Origin: the human T2T-CHM13v2.0 reference genome, Homo sapiens
Reading direction: 5' to 3' (one strand)
Assembly: GCF_009914755.1 (NCBI RefSeq)
Contig: NC_060930.1
Length of the DNA: 64,000 nucleotides
Made by a program: the position numbers and the translations under genes. Numbering within the stretch: position 1 is the stretch's first letter; each line of letters starts with the position of its first letter. Positions 54,628 through 64,000 of the stretch are shown here, piece after piece. The notes beneath the pieces are model-generated. The model saw only the letters and a list, made by a program, of their open reading frames with translations. It was not told where the DNA came from and ran no database searches.

Positions 54628-54984
54628 CTGGAGACCATTCAAGATAAATAAGTAATGGATAAACCTAAGGGAGTGGGGAGGATAAACAATGATTGCAAAA
54701 ATTACAGTTCTTACTGTTTTAATGTGAATTGATGCATTTCACTAAATAAGGTAAATTCTATGGTAAAGGACAATAACAGAAGGAAAACCATTTAGTTACC
54801 TGAATAGAATTAGTGGGTGGTGTGATAAGCACCAGAGGCCAGGAATATTGACTTTTAAAGCTCCCTGATCCTTTGTGTCTATCACATGAAGATGTCCGAT
54901 AAATATTTGTTAGAGGCATGAATGGTAGTACCATTTACTACTATGGTAGTGCTGTTCACTCCCTCCTCTACTGGGGGGCAGTAG

Positions 54985-55462
54985 AAGTAGTGGTTAGACC
55001 AGACTGGTCAACTCAATGCCATCTAGTTCCTTCTACACTCACCCTTGTATCACAGGAAAGCAGCCCGGGGGCTATATTTTCCAGAATTATTTACTAACAG
55101 GCTTCCAGATTAGATTCTGTCAGCGAGAAGCACTCCCATGAGATTTAGATAGTGAATCAGAAGAAAACATTATTCTCTAGCAGTGGCTAGTTCACTGGCA
55201 TTAGCAAGCAGAACAGATGAAGTTTTGTGGAAAACTCTCAGGTATCCTAAGAATCGACCACTTTGTGCTGCAGGAAGCTGAAATTACCAGTGGTAAATCT
55301 CCTGCACTTCTATTCCATCTAGATATTCTGAAAATCAGCAGTGGCTTTCCCGACCTTTGCTATCTAAGTTCTTCCCATAATTGTGAAAAGTTGTAGTAAA
55401 CCCCTTTCTGCTCAGAATACCTTGAATGGTTTCTGTTTTGCTGAGTGAATTGAGACTGACAC
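54985..55462 (+). mobile_element. ERVL LTR (LTR33/LTR41-like)
   Basis: ttagattctg...gcactcccatgagatt...aaacccctttctgctcagaatac...tggtttctgtttt...ctgacaca. Confidence 0.7.
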
Positions 55463-55521
55463 AGTGATTACAAGACTTGAGTATAGAAAATATGGGTTGA
55501 ATTGGATTCACCACATACTAC

Positions 55522-56003
55522 CTAAGGGAGCTCAATGAATAGCTTTGCTTCTCTCCTGTCCTTGTGGCTGGCATGTGTTCTCCTTAGCATAAGGCACAAC
55601 TGAAGTTGCCACTCAGGACATGTTATTGGGAAGGGATGATAAAGGAATGATTTCTGCAACCCAAATTTTAAAATAATGACTAAGAACTCTGAAAAGACCA
55701 ATGATCCATGACATGACCAATGCCAAATCTGATTACAACCTATTAACTGCAACAAAAATCCTCTGGTTGGATGATGATGTGGAGGCTTGCATAGCTGCTG
55801 GTTACAATGGAAGTTGGAAAATCCCACTCCTCCAGTTATTGCTCTATGCTCCTGCAATTTGCTTTTTGGAGAAGTTCCTTCCTCTCTAGTTTTCTATGGG
55901 TTGGGCAGTAAATATTCCAAAGAAGAATGGAAATTGAAAGACCAACTGCATTTGAAGACGATCAATTCAAAAAGAAGCAGCACCAGGTTGATTCAGCTCT
56001 ATC
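55522..56003 (-). pseudogene. Candidate fossil exon
   Basis: Acceptor tctgttctttcttaag. A run of more than 120 open codons including AITGGVGFSNFHC. Confidence 0.4.
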
Positions 56004-56120
56004 CTTAAGAAAGAACAGAGCTTAACAGAGACCTCATTAGAAACTTCCCTGTGACATTAAAAGAGTTACAAAACTGAAGAGGAGATTACTGTTTTAGTTT
56101 TATAATGGAAACCTTAAATA

Positions 56121-57551
56121 CAGTCTTGTGCTGCAAAATGAAATTTCAGTCAACAGCGAACCACATTTATGATGGTGATCCCATAAGATTATAATGGAGC
56201 TGAAAAATGCCTATTGTCTAGTGACCTGGGAGCCATCATAACCTTACAGCACTATCCATTACTCAGATGTTTGTGGGGACACTGGTGTAAACAAATTTAC
56301 TGCACTGTCAATCAAATAAAAGTATATGACATACAATTATGTACAGTACATAATAGTTGATAATGATAATAAATGACTATATTACTGGTTTATCTATTTG
56401 CTAATACTACACATTTTATCATTGTTTTAAAGTATACTCCTCTTACTTATAAAAAAAAAATTATCTGTAAAGCAGCCTGAGACCAGTCCTTCAGAAGGTG
56501 CTCAAGAAGGCATTGTTATCATAGGAGATGACGGCTGCATGTGTGTAATTGCTCCTGAAGACCTTCCAGTGGAACAACATGCAGAGGAAGAAGAAGTGAT
56601 ATGGATAATCCTGACCTTCTGTAGGCCTAGGCCAATGTGTATTTGTCTTTATGTTTTAAAAAAAGGCTTAAAAAGTTTTTTAAAAAGTAAAATAAAAAGT
56701 TGAAAAAAGCTTATAGAATAAGGATATCAAGAAAATATTTGTGTATAGCTGTACAATGTGTTTTAAGCTGTGTTATTAAAAAAGACTCAAAAGTTTTTTT
56801 AAACTTAAATTTATAAAGTAAACACATTATAGTAACTTTAATTTATTATTGAAGAAAAATATTTTTTATAAATTTAGTGTAGCCTAAATGTACAGTGTTT
56901 ATAAAGCCTTCAGGAGTGTCTACTAATGTCCTGGGCCTTCACATTCACTCACCACTCACTCACTAACTCACCCAGAGCAGTTTCCAGTCCTGCAAGGCCC
57001 ATTCATGGGAAGCGCCTTATACATGTGTACCATTTTTTAGCTCCTACACCTTTTTTTAAACTGTACCTTTTCTATGTTTATTAACATTGTGTGGTACTTT
57101 TTAGTCCACCTAACACCTCCTAGACCTTTTCTATGTTTAGATATGCTTAGATATAAAAATACTTCCCACTGTGTTACAATTGCCTACAGTATTTAGTACA
57201 GTATAGCCTATTGCTTTTAGTCTACAAACTTGTTTAGGCTATACAAATGTTTAGATATACACAAATGTTTTCTTGATATCCTTATTCTATAAGCTTTTTT
57301 CAATTTTTTATTTTACTTTTTAAAAAACTTTCAAAGACTTTTTGTTAAAAATAAACACAAATACACAAACTTGTTTAGGCTATATAAGTTTGTAGCCTAA
57401 AAGCAATAGGCTATACCATTTAGCCTAGGTGTGTAGTAGGCTACACCATCCAGGTTTGTGTAAGTACACTCTATGATGTTTGCACAATGACAAAATCACC
57501 TAACAATGCATTTCTCAGAATGTATCCCCAACATTAAGAGACCCAAGACTG
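56121..57551 (+). mobile_element. Tigger3b-like DNA transposon, internally rearranged
   Basis: Terminal inverted repeats cagtcttg...caagactg with TA TSD; cccataagattataatggagctgaaaaa. Confidence 0.9.
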
Positions 57552-57623
57552 TACTTAAGCTCGCTGCATACTACAGAGAAGTTTGGCAAAGTGGTCAGTG
57601 AGAATGTATGCAGGGTGACTCAC

Positions 57624-57960
57624 TTTCCAGCTGGGAGCCCACAGTTGAGGCAGTGAAAATTGCTGTTGTCATGGTTCTTTCCAGGAAGAGCTCTTGGTGT
57701 CACTTAAGGCTCATTTGCTTCTGCTTATCCAGAATTTGAGCAAAGTCATACTTTGTAATTCTTCACTGGAAACAACATCTCCGAGTCACTAGCTCCATAA
57801 GGAAGGGCAATGATGTGAATGATTCCCCAGGGTAGAGCTTACTATGGTTCAGGGAAAGGTGATGAGGTGGCCCTCAGGGAATGTGCAGAGATGATGTGCT
57901 GTCCTTTCTCATGGGGGTTTCCAAGCAGGATAAAAATGCTTTTCCTTTTACCCATATCGT
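57624..57960 (-). pseudogene. Candidate fossil exon, TIG-like (5' end uncertain)
   Basis: Donor AAA|GTGAGT. Reads ...ALPGKNHDNSNFHCLNCGLPAG. Confidence 0.4.
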
Positions 57961-58116
57961 CCAAGATTCCTAAAGGTCTTCCTCTTTCTTCTTTTTCTTT
58001 TTATGCAAAATTCACTTATTTCCATTTTTCTATTGTTTCTTTTCCAATGGAGTTTATACACACACACACAAATCTCAACTAGCCAACGTAGAGACAGCAG
58101 CTATCTTGTATTTTAC

Positions 58117-58680
58117 CTTTTATTCACATCAGTTTATTGTAGAATGTAGGTAGGATTTTGCTACTCTTGAGCAACATTTAGCTAACTAGTATAACCCCAA
58201 ATCCATTGCTCCTAGTCACCGTGATGCTGATGGGGATGAAGACACATCAGGCATTTCTGGCTGAGTGTCTTCACACAAAAAGCCCTGGCACAGGAAAAGC
58301 ATCCTGCAGTGTATTGGTGAGGTGTGAGAATTATTTACACATGTAGTTTACAGGCTGAGAGTCCCGCTGGAATGAAAGGGAGAGATTTTGAAACTTCACC
58401 TCCAGAAATCTTAGCACTTTGTAGAAAAAAAGACTGAAATCCTAGGACACAGTGCCCCAGCCCAGGCACTGGTCCTTGCTATAAATTCCTTGCTAGTTCA
58501 GGCTATATGTGGTGTTTTCTTGAATGACACAACCTGTCCCTCTCTTGGGAAGCCTTTTACTGCAGATTCCTCTCGGATAGCCCTACAGGGGCACTCAGAA
58601 GACTTAGTGGAAGAGGTAGTATGACCTAACTACAATTCTCAGGAAATGAAGTGTACATTCTGCAGAATGGCATTTCACAA
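58117..58680 (-). pseudogene. Candidate fossil exon, TIG-like
   Basis: Pyrimidine-tract acceptor ...gagcttag, donor AAG|GTAAAA. NYMCK*FSH...AFPVPGLFV*RHSARNA*CVFIP. Confidence 0.45.
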
Positions 58681-58939
58681 CTAAGCTCAACAGGAGAAAA
58701 AACAGAAGCAAAAGATTGTTATCATAATATGATCAAATGCCAGTCTATCAAAAAGCCATGCTAAGCTAACTCCATGTATTTTTTTAAAGTTACTTTTCCT
58801 TTTTCTTTTCTTAATACTAAATATTCAAGTACAAGAAGGAATAATACTTATGGCTTAAAATATACAGTATTCATATCTATTGTTAAAGGTAGAGAAAGAA
58901 CCTACTTAAATGAGTTTGATATGGACATTGACAGTTTAC

Positions 58940-59160
58940 TTACTATATGCCAGCTACTGGCCTACATACCTTTTATAAATTACTTCCATTAATCTTCACA
59001 ATAAATCTTAGGATTATTATTATCCCCATATTACCGATGAGAAAACTAAACCTTAGAGGTATTTAATCAGTTGCACAAGGTTACACCACTAAAACTTAAT
59101 AGGATCAAAAGCAGAATCTGAGCAATCTGATTCCAGAGCCCACATCTTAAATATTAGGCA
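58940..59160 (-). mobile_element. MIR
   Basis: tattatccccatattaccgatgagaaaact...tgcacaaggttacac. Confidence 0.8.
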
Positions 59161-59179
59161 CACGATCAAAGAACATTTC

Positions 59180-59453
59180 CTGTGTCACCAGCTTCTAGGC
59201 CTTTACAAAAATGGTGGCCAAGCATTTTAGCTGTGAGGCAGTAGCTCATGGTCAATCAAATGAGCCTTTGTTGTTGATCAGAAGCCCCCTTTACCAACTC
59301 ATCCACCATTAGCCAGCATATGTTTTGTCTCATGGACACAGGTTCTAATCCTTCTTGACCACCCAACCTTGATTAGTGTAGACATCCAGGTCCCAGCAGT
59401 GGCTTCTCAGGTAAGACAGATGAGTCCATATTTAATATCTCTCAGAGAGGGAA
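59180..59453 (-). pseudogene. Candidate fossil exon, TIG-like
   Basis: Acceptor gacttgcag, phase 1. PSLRDIKYG...RIRTCVH...TKAHLIDHELL. Confidence 0.4.
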
Positions 59454-59659
59454 CTGCAAGTCTTAGAGAAACACATAGCCCTAAATATCTTTGAAGCACA
59501 TGAATCACTTTATAAATTATAGTGTCATCAGACTCAGAGGTTGCAACAATAAACTGTTTACAATAATTTATTTTGTCTGCAATCTAAGTTAATGAGGACC
59601 ATATCACCTTTTTACCTCCACCAGAGCAATGTCTGTCTATACTTGGAAATAAAAGTATC

Positions 59660-59880
59660 TTTCATTTGTGAGGAGCTTTCAAGGTTACAAGGTGCATTAA
59701 TATCTATTTCTGGCTTAATTTTCATAAAAACTCTTTGAACTTATTCTAAATGTCCCCATTTACAGATGAGTACATTGCAGTTCAGAGAGATAACATGCCT
59801 TGACTTAAGGTCATGCAGGCAGAAATGGCAGATTTGACACCCCAAACTCAAGTTTTCTGCCTCAAATTCTAGTATGTATT
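59660..59880 (-). mobile_element. MIR
   Basis: ccccatttacagatgag...ttaaggtcatgcag...aaatggcaga. Confidence 0.8.
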
Positions 59881-60169
59881 GCTATGATGGTGTTACTTTG
59901 GGTAGAATTTCACCTTCATTTATTTTCATTTCTGGAAGTTAATGTTCATAATGGTATATATCCTACACATTCTCCCATGTCCTCTGTCTGGCTTTTAAGT
60001 AGGTAAAAACCACCTCATCAAGCTTGATGACTCAAGTCTTAGATAATTCCTTCTGTCTACAGGAGTCATCTGCCACCATCTAAATAACTTTAAGGTTTAT
60101 TCTTGATGTTTGTAATCAGGATTCAAATAATCTATAGTAATAGACAACTTTTTTAAAGTTAAGTGAGTT

Positions 60170-60320
60170 TAGTGCTGTAGACGTAGTACTAGATTAAGAG
60201 GATGGAATATGAGTTCCAAAGATTGTACATTTGGGCAAGTCACTGACCTTTCCTGAGCTCAGTTTTCATATTTGAAATCCAAGGGCACTAGATTAGCACT
60301 AGATCATCTCTATGTCCTCA
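60170..60320 (+). mobile_element. MIR3/MIR
   Basis: ttgggcaagtcactgacc...ctcagttttcata...ctagatcatctct. Confidence 0.7.
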
Positions 60321-60543
60321 TGTTTTAGAGCCTGTCCATCCAAGTTGACATCTAAAAGACAGTTATGAATGTGGAGGCTGCAGGAAGACAGCAGGAACAG
60401 AGCTGGGTCCTGTCATTCTTCTGAACCACTACCCTAGGTTCCAGGACTCAAAAAGACAAAAGCTTGGAAGAACCTAAGCTCATAAAGCTACTCAGAGGCT
60501 ACTTCTCCGGGTCTCCCCTAAGTCATATAGGCAAAGTACCTAC

Positions 60544-60992
60544 CTCTGTGGACTCCCAGAGAAGTGGGTTCAATATTCTCAGAAACAGCTAGCTACTACC
60601 AGTAAATTCTTCCTTGCATATCTCTTCAACCACCCACATCATCTACACCTTTCTTCTAGATTTTGTGGTTGAAAAATGTTTGATGACAGCCAGTGGTATA
60701 ATAGCCAAATACAGAGGAGTTATTTGGTCCAGACCAGGACTCAAACTTTAGAGACTGCAAAGGAATCTTTCTCAAGTTTCAGTCACTGAAGAGGAAACTG
60801 TGGTTGGGTTCCACCATCCACTCCACCATTAGCAAATGTGTAGCAGCTCTGTGGTTTTGAGGGCTTAGCTAAAACTCCAAGGGAAGGTTCTTAGACTCAT
60901 AAGGCAAGTGTGGGATTGTGGTAATTTTCTGACCTCTCTTGCCAGTAACTGGTTTAAAATCCAGGCTTGGGCAATCAGCACAAGGCCTTTGT
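60544..60992 (-). pseudogene. Candidate fossil exon
   Basis: Acceptor tttcctgccatcag, donor GAG|GTAGGT. Starts in phase 0 with TKALC*LPKP. Confidence 0.4.
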
Positions 60993-61049
60993 CTGATGGC
61001 AGGAAATGAATTGTTCAGGAACCAACTCTTCCACAACAACCCTTGAGCC

Positions 61050-61490
61050 CGTCTACTACATCACCCTTGCTCATTCAAGTTCAGCCACACTGGCCTCCTG
61101 GTTGTTTCTTGAATATAGCCTGAAGATCTTTGCATTATTGACTGTTTCCTCTGCCTGTAGTTATCCTCCCCTCTCACTGCAATCCTAACCCCTTCACCTC
61201 CTTCAAGTCTTTGCTCAAATGTCACCCTCACAATGAGACCTACTCTGACCATCATATTTGGAATTGCAATCAGCCCCTTCATTACTCTCAATTTCTTATT
61301 TCCCCTGTTTTCCTTCCCCCTCTAATACTTTTAAAAATTCTATATAATGTAATTCCTTATTACTTTTATCATTGCATGTTTCCTCCTACTAGCATTGTAA
61401 GCATCTGGTAGGGATCTTTCTATTATTCACTGTTTCATCCCAAATGCATACAATAAGTGCCTGCCTGGCTCACATAGGCACTCAATTCCT
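61050..61490 (+). mobile_element. L2a 3' end
   Basis: cagccacactggcctcc...tttgctcaaatgtcacc...cctggctcacataggcactcaat. Confidence 0.85.
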
Positions 61491-61574
61491 TCTCTCCACT
61501 GCACACTTTTGTAATCAGCCACAATCTGGATCCATTTTACCAGCCTAAATTTTTCTGAAGTTCAAACGCAGAGC

Positions 61575-61715
61575 AGATAATTACACAGACCATATAATTG
61601 ATCATCCAATAGGGACAATGTTGAAAGTAAAGGGGGAAGCTATTAATAATTATGTCATGACAACAGTTTAAACAGACATTGACATGGGCAAACCAGGATG
61701 ACTTAGCATTACCAT
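61575..61715. mobile_element. MER94-like hAT element
   Basis: accatataattgatcatccaa...gctattaataattatg...gggcaaaccagga. Confidence 0.65.
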
Positions 61716-61719
61716 GTTT

Positions 61720-62210
61720 ATCACAGAGTGTGGTCCAGGGAGCAAGAGTAAAAGACAGAGGAAAAAAAAATAGGGAAGGAAGGAGAACAAATGAAAAGAT
61801 ATGTTGTCAAGCTGTCTCCTTTTCTGGACAGCTGGTTGCTGGATCCTGGAGGACAGTCTTAGGGGCCATATGTAAGATGTCTCTGAAGGAACTGTGCAGA
61901 GAAGAAAAAGGGTGGCTCATATGCCTTGGCCCCTGGTCCTTATTGGTTAATGGCTCACCCACAGGGCATTTCCAGGTTGTGCATGCAGGTTTGCTGAGTG
62001 GGTGCCTGTGGGGCTTTTGCCAAGGGCCTCCTAAGCAGCAGGAGGCATGTGGCAGAGTCCTGATGCTCAGTGCTGTCAGAATGTCACTGTGTGAGCCGAG
62101 CAGGAGCCCACTAGGCAGAAGAAGGGGAAGAGTCGAGGTCACTGCAGGAGTGACTGGACAGGCAAGGCTGAGAGAACACTAGTGGGGAATAAGTGGAGGC
62201 CAACACAGCA
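61720..62210 (-). mobile_element. Old ERVL LTR (LTR16/LTR67-like)
   Basis: gggagcaagag...agggaaggaagg...attggttaatgg pattern. Confidence 0.45.
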
Positions 62211-62870
62211 CTTTAGAGTTTGAAATATGGGGTAGTTCATGAGCTACCAGAGGGAAAAGAAGACAAGGAGCCTCTCCAACTTGACAACTAGAGCTCCTGT
62301 CCATAGGTAGTTATTTAATTAAATTGATCTCTAGATTTCTTTATACCTTATATCAATTCTTTAAAAAAGAAAAACTTTCTTAGTCACCCAGTGTGGTATG
62401 TGGAGAATGCTTTTGCTTTAAAGATTTTCTTTCTTTTGATGGTTTCTTTCTCCATGTGGATAACGTGGCTTTCTAATGATGACAACACCATTAAACAAAC
62501 CTTTCCATGTCAGAGATACTGTATCTTCCTTGACATTGCTGTCTCCCCATCTCCCTTTCTCTAGTCTGTTCTCCCTTTCTCCTGTCCCCTTTCAGACTAC
62601 ACATGATGAAGAGATGTGGCTTTGGAAGTCATAAAGGGTTAGGGCTGGCAATGCCCAGTCAAGAGCTGCAATGCAGCTTTTCCCCCAGGGGGAGAAATGA
62701 ATCCCAGTTCCCCCATAGCATCTGGATTCTCAAGCTTTCACAAATGCTACCTCAGCATGGGCCGGAAACAATACAGAGTATCTCTATTTGGTCTAAACAT
62801 AAAATAACTTCAAATAAATTCATTGTGATAAAATTAAAATATGGAACCCAAGAGTGTTCTAAAATGCTAC

Positions 62871-63320
62871 CTGGAGCTTTTCTGTGGAAATTCTATGACA
62901 TGTTGTGCTGTGAGCTTTAGTAATATTAGAAAAACAGTGGGTCCTTGCAAGTGGCTGCTTTTCTATCTCTGAAAAGGCTATGGCATGGAAGAGGTGAAAT
63001 TTAGGTGTGCAATTTGGAAAGAAGAGTTTTAGAGAAGTAGATGGATTTGGAGATATACACAAATCCCACAGAGATCTATTATTTATGGGCCATCTGCCTG
63101 TATCTGAGAGTGGGTGCCCACTGGGAAGACCAGAACCTCAACCGGGCAACAAAAGTCTCACTGTACCCAGTGGCAAGAGGCTGAAGATCAGCCCTGAGGG
63201 CACAGACCTCTGATGGGGTCATCTCGCACCTCCCAGAGGCTGCCTAAGTAAGGGGGCCAGCAAGGCACATACTGGGATCACAGTGTTGTTGGAAATGGCT
63301 TTGCAGCCACACTGAAAGAA
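62871..63320 (-). pseudogene. Candidate fossil exon
   Basis: Strong acceptor cctctcctctcctcccacag. 450 nt = 150 codons, phase 0-0, with only two stops (both TGA). Donor CAG|GTAGCA. Confidence 0.45.
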
Positions 63321-63679
63321 CTGTGGGAGGAGAGGAGAGGAAAGTGGTATTTGAATCAGGTTATTTCCCCACTTCTTTTGGTCTTTATTGTCAACTTTTC
63401 ATAGAGTAGCAGATAGGTCACCATACTAAAGCTTACCCACAATGAATCTGACTTTTACCTTTTCTTGAAAATTATAACACCAACTCCTTTTTCAATACTA
63501 TGTCTACTTTTCTCACTGTTTTTTTAAAACTGCTATGCAGACTCTCATACCAAAAATGCTTAGTGATGTTAGACTATTCTGAGATTAACCTTCCTGAAAT
63601 CTGGATCAACCTTGGTTTTCCTCCCTTCACTCTCATGCCCTCACAGCTTTCAAGGTAAAGTTTAAACCGTTTAGGATGG

Positions 63680-64000
63680 TATCAAGTTCTAACTGAGGTC
63701 CAACGGGAGTCAGTGGGCGAGTGGCAGGTAGCTGGGAAAAACACTCGAGGAATCGTAGGCAGTTTTGACATAGCTTTACTATCTTCTTGGGCATGAGTGA
63801 GCTGTATGTACAGTGTTAGCAGGGTAATTTTACTTTTTACAGACAATAGTGGCTCTGAGCCAAGTACCAGCTCATGTGGGTGATCATCTAATGCACCTCA
63901 CATGGCATGGTTATGTAATGTGTGAGGTTGTGCACCTCTGCTCCAAACCCACTGAGTCATGCTGGACCAGATGTCTGCCTTAGCCTATTCTCGATCACAG
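63680..64000 (-). mobile_element. LTR18 (HERVL18 LTR), cut by the window edge
   Basis: Reverse complement reads ggcagacatctggtccagcatgactcag...gagccactattgtctgtaaaa...gacctcagttagaac, as in the LTR18A/B consensus. Confidence 0.8.

Noticed and set aside
61679-62182. Longest ORF in the track (167 aa, plus strand)
   Set aside because: Lies in LTR-like sequence, has a non-ATG start and shows no recognisable domain

Overview
AT-rich human genomic DNA, identified as human by an AluYb8 insertion. It is dense in old repeats (L2, MIR, MaLR/ERVL LTRs, hAT and Tigger/mariner DNA elements) plus several Alus and L1 fragments. I find no intact protein-coding gene, tRNA, rRNA, CRISPR array or CpG island, and many of the listed ORFs are artefacts of repeats or simple sequence. 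The main observation is a series of about 16 repeat-free blocks on the minus strand, from about 63.3 kb down to about 35.4 kb. Most are bounded by AG acceptors and GT-like donors. Their translations, interrupted by stops and frameshifts, repeatedly show IPT/TIG (plexin/fibrocystin-type Ig-like) domain signatures. I interpret this as the fossil of a lost multi-exon gene (unitary pseudogene) for a large TIG-repeat protein that probably begins beyond the right edge of the window. This rests on hand translation and motif recognition and needs tBLASTn/HMM confirmation. Other points: candidate PBX-HOX/MEIS enhancers, a three-level LTR nest, a three-armed Alu, an inverted L1, a Tigger3 carrying templated inverted insertions, and a local 125-bp duplication. 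Repeat subfamily names are from recalled consensus sequences, not a database search.
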